Origin: a virus
Strand: one strand, 5' to 3'
Virus record (IMG/VR): IMGVR_UViG_3300027800_000004
Coordinates: 12,345-76,344 of that record
DNA: 64,000 nt
The position numbers and the translations under genes are program-made. The first letter of the stretch is position 1. The number at the start of each line of letters is the position of its first letter. Under the pieces are notes generated by a model. It was not told where the DNA came from, ran no database searches, and saw nothing but the letters and a program-made list of their open reading frames with translations. This document shows, in pieces, positions 39,118-47,777 of this stretch.

Positions 39118-39812
39118 AGTTTTGCAAAGATATATCTGCGCTGAACTCTCCAGTATTTATTCCCTCCGTCAATGTTTGCATGAAGGTCATACTCCAATGG
39201 CAGATCAGTAATCTTCTTCATCACAACCATGTCTCCCGGATTGATAGATACCCCTTCATCCGTATGCCCGTCCACATAAGCCTCATTTGGCCGGCCTAGG
39301 TATTTTACTTTTCCGTAAACAACTCCGGTAAGCGATTTTTTATCAGAACGAAACATGGTCAGGCCAACCTTCTCCATCCTCTTATCCTGGGCATTGATCT
39401 CCGGACTGTCACATGGCTCGATCAGACAGTAACCATTGATAGGAACTATTATCCCATCTCTTACTGCGGCAAAGATATTCTGGTATTGTGTCCAGATGTA
39501 TTTCTGGCCATCCTCTACAATGGCTCTCATTGTTTCCGGACGCAATGCGTTGACAACGGCCAGGTAATAGATCACAACCCTGTCACCTAACCTGAGTTCA
39601 AGAGGTGTTTTCCAGGGCATCCCTATGTTTGGGATCCCAGTATAAGAAAGTCTTTTGGGAAGACCGTAGACAATACCTGTAACCGTTGCATGTTTCTCAA
39701 CCTCGAAGGTGGTATCAATGTATAGTTCGGTTCCATTCTTAAGTTTAATCAGATCATTGTCCTTGTCTAATCTTATCATTACGAAGTTGCCGAATGTTTG
39801 CTTGTGCTGCAT
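39114..39812 (-). CDS. Tandem GroES-like co-chaperonin domain protein (232 aa)
   Basis: Two GroES-like units (LKNGTELYID...GIV...LRLGDRV and PINGYCLIEP...GKVKYLG...INPGDMVV). Confidence 0.65.
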   Translation of the reverse strand: MQHKQTFGNFVMIRLDKDNDLIKLKNGTELYIDTTFEVEKHATVTGIVYGLPKRLSYTGIPNIGMPWKTPLELRLGDRVVIYYLAVVNALRPETMRAIVEDGQKYIWTQYQNIFAAVRDGIIVPINGYCLIEPCDSPEINAQDKRMEKVGLTMFRSDKKSLTGVVYGKVKYLGRPNEAYVDGHTDEGVSINPGDMVVMKKITDLPLEYDLHANIDGGNKYWRVQRRYIFAKL

Positions 39813-40101
39813 AATCCTTGTTCTTAATTGCTATTGTCTGTCCGTTAATTTCCTCAAACCTTATCTGTCCTTTCTTCTCAAGCGTTTTAAAACGGTTAGC
39901 CATCGCCCTTTTATTCTTGCGTGACATGTTTTTAAACATGAGCAGTTCTGTCTTTCTGAGATTAATGTTCTGGCCGTTGTATTTGATTACCACATAGTCG
40001 TTGATAACCTCTGTTGCCTTTGGCGGTTCCGGACGAGATACTGGTTTGGTCCACAACCAGTATCTTATCCTTCTCCATAACTTTTTCAGAAAAGTTACCA
40101 T
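39754..40101 (-). CDS. Hypothetical basic protein (115 aa)
   Basis: ORF coupled to both neighbours. Confidence 0.5.
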   Translation of the reverse strand: MVTFLKKLWRRIRYWLWTKPVSRPEPPKATEVINDYVVIKYNGQNINLRKTELLMFKNMSRKNKRAMANRFKTLEKKGQIRFEEINGQTIAIKNKDYAAQANIRQLRNDKIRQGQ

Positions 40102-40418
40102 ACCGGAGGTTTTTGAGATTTAAACTTTACGTTCAGATCTGCAATTTCCTTCTCGCCTTCGGCAACCACCTTGGGATTATCGCTCTGCATCTTCGCGCGC
40201 GCAACAGCCATTGTGGTTTTGATGTCATCCATCGTAAGCCGTTTCTCCGGCTCTGGTGGTACAGGAATAAATTTTGGTTTTTCTTCCACTGCTGGAGCCG
40301 GCACCGATAATTCCTTTACGATGTCTTTCTTCACAACGGGTTTTTTTGCCACTGTCTTTTTCACTACCACCGGAGGCGGTGTTACTTTTTTCTGTGTCAG
40401 TTCTTTTTTCTTTGTCAT
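40095..40418 (-). CDS. Lys/Pro-rich hypothetical protein (about 107 aa)
   Basis: Likely start at ATG 40418 after an AAAATCAAGAGTT leader; TAAATTTG box at 40443-40450. Confidence 0.55.
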   Translation of the reverse strand: MTKKKELTQKKVTPPPVVVKKTVAKKPVVKKDIVKELSVPAPAVEEKPKFIPVPPEPEKRLTMDDIKTTMAVARAKMQSDNPKVVAEGEKEIADLNVKFKSQKPPVW

Positions 40419-40452
40419 AACTCTTGATTTTAATTGGTCAGTCAAATTTATG

Positions 40453-40533
40453 AAAAAACCCCCTCATTGGAAAAACGAGGGGGCCGTTCTTGCTATGAAC
40501 AAGAAAGCAGAACATACAGTCGGCATCTGTATG
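40453..40533 (-). ncRNA. Candidate stand-alone small RNA (about 80 nt, three hairpins) with anti-AUG loop
   Basis: TAACTTTG box at 40538-40545; hairpin CAUACAG/CUGUAUG; hairpin UUCUUGU-UCAUA-GCAAGAA; terminator CCCCCUC/GAGGGGG + U6. Confidence 0.6.
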
Positions 40534-40590
40534 GTGTCAAAGTTATATCTTTTTCCTTGTTCCATTAAATTTTCAGGTAAGTATGTTTTA

Positions 40591-41097
40591 CTATCGTTCA
40601 CCGGTTAATAGATCTGCACGAAATTGTTCCAACTCTTTCTCCAATCTTTCATCCTCAATTTTTTTTCTTTTTTCAAAATCAGCAAAAGATTCTTCTTTCT
40701 TATCATTCTTAATCATTCTTGTTTGTTGTTGGTTGTTTGTTGATTGATTGTTAATTGGTGTGTTAGTTTGTTTGTTGGCATCGCTTTCCTCGATTTGATA
40801 AGCATCATAGTTGCAAATAGTTATAATACTATATTTGTTTGTTGATTTGATTGTTATTTCGCCTGTTGATTTTAGACGGCCTAAACTCGTTCTAATTGAC
40901 TGGTAACTGACACCAGTTGCGCGTTTGATGCTATTTAAACTGCTGATTGTTGATGCTTTGTTGACCATAATGCCTTTCCACTTCTTATCTTTATGATTCA
41001 CAGTGAGTAATAGGTAGAGAAAAATTCGGAAAGTATTGTCGTCTTGAAACCACTCCCAATTCAGTATTTTTCTGTGTATTTTAATCCATCCTTCCAT
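40591..41097 (-). CDS. Phage replication-initiator/replisome-organizer-like winged-helix protein (about 168 aa)
   Basis: MEGWIKIHRKILNWEW...FLYLLL.VNHKDKKW.G, YSIITICNYDAYQ and an NKQ/TN-rich linker; start set at ATG 41097. Confidence 0.75.
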   Translation of the reverse strand: MEGWIKIHRKILNWEWFQDDNTFRIFLYLLLTVNHKDKKWKGIMVNKASTISSLNSIKRATGVSYQSIRTSLGRLKSTGEITIKSTNKYSIITICNYDAYQIEESDANKQTNTPINNQSTNNQQQTRMIKNDKKEESFADFEKRKKIEDERLEKELEQFRADLLTGER

Positions 41098-41203
41098 AGT
41101 CACACTTTTAAAGGAGAGGCGTTCCCCCCAGGGGTGTGACATCCGCGTTTGGCAACAGCAGATCCCTGGGGAGTAGCCTCAGTATTTTATTGATAGTCAC
41201 ACT
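41096..41203 (-). promoter_or_regulatory. GC-rich structured leader flanked by the 11-bp direct repeat ATAGTCACACT
   Basis: Repeats at 41096-41106 and 41193-41203; long stem GAGGC..CCCCAGGG / CCCTGGGG..GCCTC between them. Confidence 0.5.
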
Positions 41204-42077
41204 ATTTTTTATCCTGCAGAAGTCCATTCTTCTTGCAAAACCTTGTTACTCGTTTATAAAGTTCCGGTTCCTCAAGCTGTAAGCGCATATTCACCCTGCG
41301 CATCATCGTGTAATCCCTCTTTGTGGTCCCCCATAGATGAGTATATTTTAACTTATCAGGGATCACGGTGACATCTTCTGCAATAACCTTGACCTTCTTG
41401 CGGAGATTGTGCATCTTGATAAGGCTGGCAGCGAAATACTGCTCATGGAAGAGGTTCTGGTGGATCAGTACGCCCTTATGTTTTCGGAAAAAGATATCCT
41501 GGTTCTCTTCGGCAAAGATGTATTCCGCGGAACACTCAATCCACTCCTTAAAGAACTCCAACTTATTACCCCCACAGATCCCGCAGTTGTAGGCAAAGTC
41601 CAAAACTTCGTTATCAACAATTTTCTGAGGCTTTACCGGAGCATCAGCGAAACATGGCCGCATCATGTCGTAATACTTATAGCCGTCCAATTCCATTGGC
41701 TCATGGCTCTGGAAGCAAAGATCAGCCTTGAGGATACGTTTGGGCAGAGGATCCCAGAGAAACACATCATTGTCAATATGCACGAAAGGTACTTCCTGTT
41801 CGTTATAAGCAAGGAGTTTGCCATACGCCCAGAAGAAGGCCGACACTCGGTTCATCTCCTTCAACTTGTCGTTATAATGGGTTACTGGTAGGCCGATCTG
41901 TTTAAACATCTCGATAGCCCAGGGAGTGCTGACCATGTGGACCTCTTTAAAATGTCTTGAGGCACACCATACAGCCAGTGCGGTAGTGTATAGGAAGTCC
42001 GAATACTTTACGAATCCGCACTTGTTTACAAAATCTTCATCAGAATTGAAATAGGAAAAAACCACTCTGTTTATCAT
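41202..42077 (-). CDS. DUF6734-like / nucleotide-sugar transferase-like protein (291 aa)
   Basis: FWAYGKL.AY, PFVHIDNDVFLW (DxD), YNCGICGG, EQYF and YTHLWG motifs. Confidence 0.65.
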   Translation of the reverse strand: MINRVVFSYFNSDEDFVNKCGFVKYSDFLYTTALAVWCASRHFKEVHMVSTPWAIEMFKQIGLPVTHYNDKLKEMNRVSAFFWAYGKLLAYNEQEVPFVHIDNDVFLWDPLPKRILKADLCFQSHEPMELDGYKYYDMMRPCFADAPVKPQKIVDNEVLDFAYNCGICGGNKLEFFKEWIECSAEYIFAEENQDIFFRKHKGVLIHQNLFHEQYFAASLIKMHNLRKKVKVIAEDVTVIPDKLKYTHLWGTTKRDYTMMRRVNMRLQLEEPELYKRVTRFCKKNGLLQDKK

Positions 42078-42095
42078 AATTGCCGATATTAGGAT

Positions 42096-42156
42096 AAAAA
42101 AAGGGGGAGGGTTAGAAAGTCAGGTCAGACCCTCCCCGGAAACATGGAAAAAAGTA
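42096..42156 (-). ncRNA. Terminator with upstream anti-AUG tract; candidate 3'UTR small RNA
   Basis: UUUUUUCCAUGUUU followed by a GGGGAGGGU/ACCCUCCCC stem (16-nt loop) and U7. Confidence 0.45.
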
Positions 42157-42402
42157 TTAAACAAAAAGACCGCCAATGGCGTCACCCAGGTAATAACCCG
42201 TAGTGTTAGCATATCCACCGCAAAGGATGTCAACTGCCGTATCGAAACGCCACCGCAGTTCATTCTTATCAATGACTTGGGTTACGCATTTGTGGATGTG
42301 GTGATACTGATCACCGTCCTTGTATCCCTCCGGCTGGTAGTCCAGCTTCTCGGTTGCGAGAATTTTGAGGTCTATTTTTCCCTGAACATAATTTATTGCC
42401 AT
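42157..42402 (-). CDS. Small protein, paralogue A (81 aa)
   Basis: C-terminal 24 aa identical to 42433..42693. Confidence 0.75.
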   Translation of the reverse strand: MAINYVQGKIDLKILATEKLDYQPEGYKDGDQYHHIHKCVTQVIDKNELRWRFDTAVDILCGGYANTTGYYLGDAIGGLFV

Positions 42403-42432
42403 TTCTTTATTTTTTTAAAGAGTTAAACATCA

Positions 42433-42693
42433 TTAAACAAACAAGCCACCGATTGCATCTCCAAGATAGTAGCCAGTGGTATTGGCATAACCGCCACAGA
42501 GTATATCAATGGCTGTTGCCCACCTCCATCTCCAGTCATTGTAGTCCATGTTGATTGGACGGCATTTATGATCCTGGTTCCATTGCTGTTCGTGGTGTTC
42601 AACACCTTGTCTCGTCTGAGGATTAGACTTGTCCACCTCCAGGCACACCTTGGCATGAAGGTCTATATATGATCTCACATAAGTAGTTGCCAT
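42433..42693 (-). CDS. Small protein, paralogue B (86 aa)
   Basis: C-terminal DILCGGYANTTGYYLGDAIGGLFV identical to 42157..42402. Confidence 0.75.
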   Translation of the reverse strand: MATTYVRSYIDLHAKVCLEVDKSNPQTRQGVEHHEQQWNQDHKCRPINMDYNDWRWRWATAIDILCGGYANTTGYYLGDAIGGLFV

Positions 42694-42711
42694 TTTCTTA
42701 AGTATTAGTTA

Positions 42712-43290
42712 TTAAATTAGTGGAATTTCGATGTGTTTGATGATGCCATAGGCAATCTTGTTGCCGTCATTGCCAAAAGGAACAACATACAGATCAAGTC
42801 CACCTAACAGGGCCACATCCATATTGGCCGTGATCTTTTCAGTTGTCGTACTGGTAACAGGCGTTTCTGCTGCTGCAACAGTTAGTGCAGAGGAGAAGGA
42901 CGGATCTGTATCTACAAGAAAACCACAGGTAGTTGCAACATTATTGCTCTCTACTTTTGCGGAAAAATACAGCGTCATTGTATCTGTATCAAGGATGAGA
43001 TCTCCCATCCATACTTCTACCGGTGGCAACGTAGCCAGTTCCCATCCTCTCGTCAAAACAAGGTAAGCATCAGCATATCTTCCCTGATACTCATTCAAAA
43101 GAAGTTCCATCATCGGAAGATCCTTTACAAACTTCTCCTGTTGACGCTCACGGCCGGGACGTTTCTGTATTGCCCCCTTGTTTGTGTCCCAGGTGATTCT
43201 CTCTTCCAGAAAACTAAACCGGGTCTTTATCCTCACATTTCTCAGATGTGAGGCGGTACCCTGTCTGGATCCAATCGTAATTCTTGCCAT
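42712..43290 (-). CDS. Hypothetical protein with C-terminal Ig/FN3-like domain; possible distant third paralogue (192 aa)
   Basis: NEYQGRYADAYLVLTRGW weakly resembles NELRWRFDTAVDILCGGY; beta-rich C-terminus. Confidence 0.5.
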   Translation of the reverse strand: MARITIGSRQGTASHLRNVRIKTRFSFLEERITWDTNKGAIQKRPGRERQQEKFVKDLPMMELLLNEYQGRYADAYLVLTRGWELATLPPVEVWMGDLILDTDTMTLYFSAKVESNNVATTCGFLVDTDPSFSSALTVAAAETPVTSTTTEKITANMDVALLGGLDLYVVPFGNDGNKIAYGIIKHIEIPLI

Positions 43291-43337
43291 TTTTCACTTG
43301 GTTTTAAATGGTTACACTCAAAATTATCGTTATAAAG

Positions 43338-43739
43338 TTAAGTCTTTTTCCGTAGTAGGGCGTAGATGTTCTTATTTTCTTCATCATCTACCGATCTCTC
43401 ACAGATAATGAATGTGAATCTATCAGGACAGGTTGCCCCTGCCGGTCGTGATGTAACAGTCCAGGTCTTATCCATCACCAACGAAGCCAGATCTACCGAA
43501 TTAAACACCGCGCCACCTCTTCCATTCTTTCTTAATCGGTAGGTACTGCCTACTGAAATAAAAAACTCACTGGGGACATCTCCCTGAAAGACATCCACCA
43601 GTGAGCCGTGACGAACATTTAATCTGACTAACGCCACATTTGACAGTATGACCACCCCACGCCTGGTAAATGATATCGTGGCTAACTTATTATGGCTCTT
43701 GTTGGCCAATCCCTCCCTGGTCAACCGAACAAATTTCAT
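43338..43739 (-). CDS. Hypothetical protein (133 aa)
   Basis: ORF within the operon. Confidence 0.55.
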   Translation of the reverse strand: MKFVRLTREGLANKSHNKLATISFTRRGVVILSNVALVRLNVRHGSLVDVFQGDVPSEFFISVGSTYRLRKNGRGGAVFNSVDLASLVMDKTWTVTSRPAGATCPDRFTFIICERSVDDEENKNIYALLRKKT

Positions 43740-43945
43740 CTCCCATCAAATATCTTACCCCAGATATTCTCGTTGTAGTGCCTCTTTGGATTAAATTGGT
43801 TCTTTTTGTGCAGCTTTGGGTAATCTGCCCTCTCTTTGGCAGCCTTTGTGTCATTGTACGCAGCACACTTGCTCGTAGCAGTACGGTAACTTGAACACGA
43901 CATCAGTAACAATGTCATCACAATTAATAACGCGATCTTTTTCAT
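43736..43945 (-). CDS. Small lipoprotein (69 aa)
   Basis: MKKIALLIVMTLLLMSC lipobox; KCAAY motif. Confidence 0.65.
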   Translation of the reverse strand: MKKIALLIVMTLLLMSCSSYRTATSKCAAYNDTKAAKERADYPKLHKKNQFNPKRHYNENIWGKIFDGR

Positions 43946-43957
43946 AGCAATATGGTT

Positions 43958-44284
43958 TTAGGTGTTATCTTCATTCTTTACAACAGGTGGCATAACCTTA
44001 ATCTCCGGTCCCTTCTGTTCGGTCTTATCCACCTGCCCGGATACTAATCGTAGCAACTGATCAACCTCCACCCCTTCCCTGGCTACTATCACCAGGTACC
44101 AGTACAAGACATTACTCATGCTGATGATCTTGCTCATCCTCTCATACTCCCCTCCAAACTTATTCCGGGGATCCAGACTTAAATTCATCAGTAACATGGC
44201 ATCATGCAGCTTGTTTAGGACATCCTTGCCATCTTCTGCCTTTAACTCCTTCATCTGTGCAACCAACTCTTCTACTGTTCTCAT
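43958..44284 (-). CDS. Hypothetical protein (108 aa)
   Basis: ORF with AACTAAAAACTAAGAGAT leader. Confidence 0.55.
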   Translation of the reverse strand: MRTVEELVAQMKELKAEDGKDVLNKLHDAMLLMNLSLDPRNKFGGEYERMSKIISMSNVLYWYLVIVAREGVEVDQLLRLVSGQVDKTEQKGPEIKVMPPVVKNEDNT

Positions 44285-44296
44285 ATCTCTTAGTTT

Positions 44297-44578
44297 TTAG
44301 TTCCTGTTATATCCACTCATCCTTTCCCTTCCATTTACCCTCTGCTTTCCCTTATACAGCGTAAAACTACGAAAGATCATATAATCCCCCTCTACTAATA
44401 CATCCCTCTTCTTCCTGCTGAATATGTACGTTAACCGGTCCCTCTTTATTCCCGTCATCCCTTCCAGTGTTACCAGGTTCGTGCAATTACTCACCATACA
44501 GTCTGTCAAATCATCCGTTATCGCCTTTCCCCCCAGGCAAACTACTGTGTAAATCCTCTGTATCCTCTTCCGGTTCAT
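44297..44578 (-). CDS. Hypothetical protein (93 aa)
   Basis: First gene downstream of the TAGCTTTG box. Confidence 0.55.
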   Translation of the reverse strand: MNRKRIQRIYTVVCLGGKAITDDLTDCMVSNCTNLVTLEGMTGIKRDRLTYIFSRKKRDVLVEGDYMIFRSFTLYKGKQRVNGRERMSGYNRN

Positions 44579-44623
44579 AATCGTGTAAAATCAGCCATTA
44601 CAACTTAGCGGCCCGTACACTTG

Positions 44624-44631
44624 CAAAGCTA
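44624..44631 (-). promoter_or_regulatory. -7 promoter box TAGCTTTG for the leftward operon
   Basis: TAnnTTTG match followed by CA, about 45 nt upstream of ATG 44578. Confidence 0.5.
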
Positions 44632-44639
44632 ATTTAATT

Positions 44640-45139
44640 TACGACATAGGACTACGCAAAATGGTAAAAAGTTATTAACAAGTAATTAATTTTATACCAA
44701 AGTGAGCGTCTGCCTGCGGTCTATGTATATATTTCAGGCTCGGTCGCGCGAACCCAAATCGGATTTGCGTACCCGCCCCCCCTGCCTGGGCCTCTCCAGG
44801 CGTTTTGTGTCCGTGCCTTTAAAGTGGTTCTGCCCTGTCCAACAACAAAATAAAGCGTTCTGACCTGTTGTTGATAGGGTAGGGGAGAGGATCTATAAAC
44901 ACAATGCCTTCATGTTCTATTTAACATAATGATAATTATGGGCAATGTAGTCAGCCATCATGTCATGCCTGTCTGAGTGTGTCATCCCTGCATCCTGTGA
45001 GCCTGTAAATGTGGCCTCTTTTGTGCTTGATACAATTCAATGAACGTACATAATGAATGGTGTGGATGATGCGTTAAATGGGTTGAAATGCTTAAATTTG
45101 CGTGTTAAATGGGTTGTTAACCTCTTGAGAGTTGCATAA
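44640..45139. other. Non-coding strand-switch region, possible genome terminus/packaging site
   Basis: Longest gene-free stretch; GC-rich patch with ACCCGCCCCCCC near 44771; repeat GTTAAATGGGTTG twice near 45073 and 45104; TAAATTTG box at 45093-45100. Confidence 0.4.
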
Positions 45140-45691
45140 ATGAATGAGAACCTGTCCCCTGCGCCATCCTTGCCTCCTTCTCTGGCTTATCTGTATTCAA
45201 ACCTATCAATGGAAGAACAAAGGGTCTTTCATAAGGTGTTCAATAGTATGTGGGGTGTTGTTGCTCCCTTGAAGCGGTTCGTTCATCATGGTGGTGTCAT
45301 GTATGCCTATTGGGTTGCTGATAAACTGCGTGAAGAACATAACCTCACCAATGTGGAGTTATCCCTGCTCATGTATTTGTATCATGTGTCTGGTGGTGGC
45401 AGACAGGTCATTGATGGTGTAGATCTCCTCGCTGCTCCCTCCTTCCCCTGCTCGTATAACTATTGGATGGTGTTGTCCGGTCAGTTTAAACAACGTGGTT
45501 ATATCGTGCGTTCTGTTCGTAACCCTGCTAAACCATATACATCTGGGTATCGTGCAAAGGGAATGAGATACATAAGACTAACCGACAAAGCAATTAACTT
45601 GATACATGATATGGATAGAGAGTTGTACAGGCGGTTGCGGTCTTGTACGTTCAACGATGTGGTGTGTGGATATGGAAAAGGGCAGATATAA
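45140..45691 (+). CDS. Winged-helix (MarR-like) DNA-binding protein (183 aa)
   Basis: HNLTNVELSLLMYLY...QFKQRGYIVR...IRLTDKA pattern. Confidence 0.55.
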   Translation: MNENLSPAPSLPPSLAYLYSNLSMEEQRVFHKVFNSMWGVVAPLKRFVHHGGVMYAYWVADKLREEHNLTNVELSLLMYLYHVSGGGRQVIDGVDLLAAPSFPCSYNYWMVLSGQFKQRGYIVRSVRNPAKPYTSGYRAKGMRYIRLTDKAINLIHDMDRELYRRLRSCTFNDVVCGYGKGQI

Positions 45692-45724
45692 CTCTGCCCT
45701 CTGTCCTGTGGTCTTATTTGAGGT

Positions 45725-46090
45725 TTAAATAACTCCCATTGCAATCCCCTGTTTCAGCATGTACTCTGAACTGCACCAATGTATTTGATTAATGATAACA
45801 TTGATGTTCGTCTTGTGGTCTGCTTCATTGCCTTCATCATCCATGCCAATAATCATTGACTTGCCAAGAATAGCATATACAAAGCCATTGAACATCCATC
45901 CGGCCTGTGGTGCATCCTCATTGAACTCAATCCATGCCTCTTCGTTGCAGTATAGCACATCTCTGTTAGGATAAGTGATAGGTGCTTCAATCATGTGGCA
46001 GTCTAAGAGCCTGTAAATGTCCTTGAGGCTTCCGGTTGTTTCAACCTGTGTTACTTCCTTTGTGTCTGGGTTAATTAAAATTGCTTTCAT
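45725..46090 (-). CDS. DUF3846-like protein (121 aa)
   Basis: MKAILINP...SLKDIYRLLDC..IE...LYCNEE...ILGK..IIG.DDEG pattern. Confidence 0.6.
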   Translation of the reverse strand: MKAILINPDTKEVTQVETTGSLKDIYRLLDCHMIEAPITYPNRDVLYCNEEAWIEFNEDAPQAGWMFNGFVYAILGKSMIIGMDDEGNEADHKTNINVIINQIHWCSSEYMLKQGIAMGVI

Positions 46091-46102
46091 TGTCGTGTGT
46101 GT

Positions 46103-46348
46103 TTATAGGTTATTAATCAGTTGCATTAATTCATCCGGTTTGCGGTCATCCTTGACGTTGTTACAGGCAAGTGCATAGAATATTGAACTCCCCATAACAA
46201 GATTGTCATAGGGGTCAATAATAGGGTCAATGGTCTTAATCTCATTGACATTTAACCATGTTGATTTTGGTTCGGTTGTCTTGAAATAGCGTTCTTCTTT
46301 TGAGTGCCATATCCATGACCATGTACATTTAAGAATGTGTGTTCTCAT
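46103..46348 (-). CDS. Hypothetical protein (about 81 aa)
   Basis: Likely ATG at 46348; leader contains AAACACAC. Confidence 0.45.
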   Translation of the reverse strand: MRTHILKCTWSWIWHSKEERYFKTTEPKSTWLNVNEIKTIDPIIDPYDNLVMGSSIFYALACNNVKDDRKPDELMQLINNL

Positions 46349-46352
46349 CTCC

Positions 46353-46598
46353 TTATTTATTAGTGTGTTTGACTTCAATTATAGCCTTCCAACATGAGTC
46401 GCAAACATAGTCAGAAGGGTATGGGTCTATGCAGTTCTGAAATGCCACCCATTGTTCGGGCGTGTACTCTGGGATTGCCTCCTGTTCTCTCCGGTAGTCA
46501 CCTACAAATGACATGATTAACAGGGTAATGAATAAGGCCAACGTAACAACGATTAGGCCGATGTTCATCTGTTCTTCTACGTTCTTGGTTTTCATCAT
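46353..46598 (-). CDS. Small membrane protein with CxxC (81 aa)
   Basis: One TM helix and CDSC; leader AACACACACTAAAACACG. Confidence 0.5.
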   Translation of the reverse strand: MMKTKNVEEQMNIGLIVVTLALFITLLIMSFVGDYRREQEAIPEYTPEQWVAFQNCIDPYPSDYVCDSCWKAIIEVKHTNK

Positions 46599-46619
46599 CT
46601 TGCGTGTTTTAGTGTGTGT

Positions 46620-46769
46620 TCTGCGTTGTTTGATACTGCAATATTATACTATATAATAACACGAACAAATTTATTTTGACGAATAGTTCGTTTTTTTTGA
46701 CGAACGGATTTGTTGGTTTAATATATTAGTGTATCTTCACATCGTATTAATAACATAATAACACACACA
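46620..46769. promoter_or_regulatory. Divergent early promoter region with TTTTGACGAA direct repeat
   Basis: AT-rich gap between divergent operons; TTTTGACGAA occurs twice near 46674 and 46695. Confidence 0.5.
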
Positions 46770-47429
46770 ATGAACACACGACAATTAGAATTGCAAGAAC
46801 CAGATGCTAAACTGCTCTACATGGGTAAGTCAGCATTGTCAGACAGGGACATTATGTCTTTAATTCTGGCAGGGAGTGACAACAAGAACAAGGCTGACAA
46901 GGTATTGAAAGCCTCAGATTTCAATTTTGATAGTATGTCAAAGTATTGTTACACCGATTTGAAAGCGTTCGGATTATCCCATTTACAGGCCGTTCGCTGC
47001 ATTGCAGTTATTGAGTTCGCCAAGCGGTTGAATATACACAGGGTTGACGAACAGACACAAATTAGGTCAAGTTCAGACATCTTTGCTTACATGTCCCCCA
47101 TCCTCTCAGACCTTGACCATGAGGAATTTTGGGCAATCCTGTTGAACAGGGCAAACCGCATCATTAAGCGTGTCAAAATCTCACAGGGTGGCATAGCGGG
47201 AACGGTCACCGACATCCGCATATTGTTCAAACATGCCATTAATGACCTTGCCTGTGGCCTTGTGGTATGCCATAACCATCCCTCTGGCAATACCTCTCCC
47301 TCTGATAGTGACATCCGCATAACTCAGAAGATTAAGGAGACAGGGAACATTATGGACATACAGGTATTAGACCATGTAATTATCGCCAAGAGTGAACACT
47401 ATTCCTTTGCAGATAACGGAACGCTATAA
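46770..47429 (+). CDS. radC: RadC-family JAB/MPN-domain protein (219 aa)
   Basis: G..ALSD, HEEFWAILLNRANRII, SQGGIAGTVTD.R, HNHPSG...PS.SD and LDHVII motifs. Confidence 0.92.
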   Translation: MNTRQLELQEPDAKLLYMGKSALSDRDIMSLILAGSDNKNKADKVLKASDFNFDSMSKYCYTDLKAFGLSHLQAVRCIAVIEFAKRLNIHRVDEQTQIRSSSDIFAYMSPILSDLDHEEFWAILLNRANRIIKRVKISQGGIAGTVTDIRILFKHAINDLACGLVVCHNHPSGNTSPSDSDIRITQKIKETGNIMDIQVLDHVIIAKSEHYSFADNGTL

Positions 47430-47451
47430 CACTAACTAACACACAAATAAC

Positions 47452-47775
47452 ATGGAAACAATTTACATTTTCAACTACTCACCGAAGGCCATTGTTGTCG
47501 TGGGTGACACCAAGCCAATTCACGGACTACTCAAGAACGCAGGGGGCAAATGGAACGCCCGATTAACCGATTTAAGGACAGGGAACAAGTTTGGAGGTTG
47601 GGTATATCATCATACTCGTTTGGCTTCCATACAGGCCACATTAACGGCCAATGCAATCAAGTTCGCAATGGAGAGGCCGTCAAGCCTCTCCTCCCTCTCA
47701 TCCACAGGTCGGGATTATATCCAAGACCCTGCTGAAATAGATGCTGACAACTTTTGCCAACGTAACAATATCTGA
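47452..47775 (+). CDS. Hypothetical protein (107 aa)
   Basis: YSPKAIVVVGDTKPI...LK..GGKWN..L...GWVY, a pattern recurrent in phage proteins. Confidence 0.6.
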   Translation: METIYIFNYSPKAIVVVGDTKPIHGLLKNAGGKWNARLTDLRTGNKFGGWVYHHTRLASIQATLTANAIKFAMERPSSLSSLSSTGRDYIQDPAEIDADNFCQRNNI

Positions 47776-47777
47776 AC

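Noticed and set aside
42157-42693. RiPP precursor peptides
   Set aside because: No recognisable RiPP maturase, protease or transporter nearby; kept only as a minor alternative in the finding.
151-44300. Numerous plus-strand ORFs of 60-235 aa in the ORF track (likewise those opposite genes in 45-64 kb)
   Set aside because: They are antisense shadows of long, motif-bearing genes, with Ser/Phe/Leu-rich translations and no recognisable motifs.
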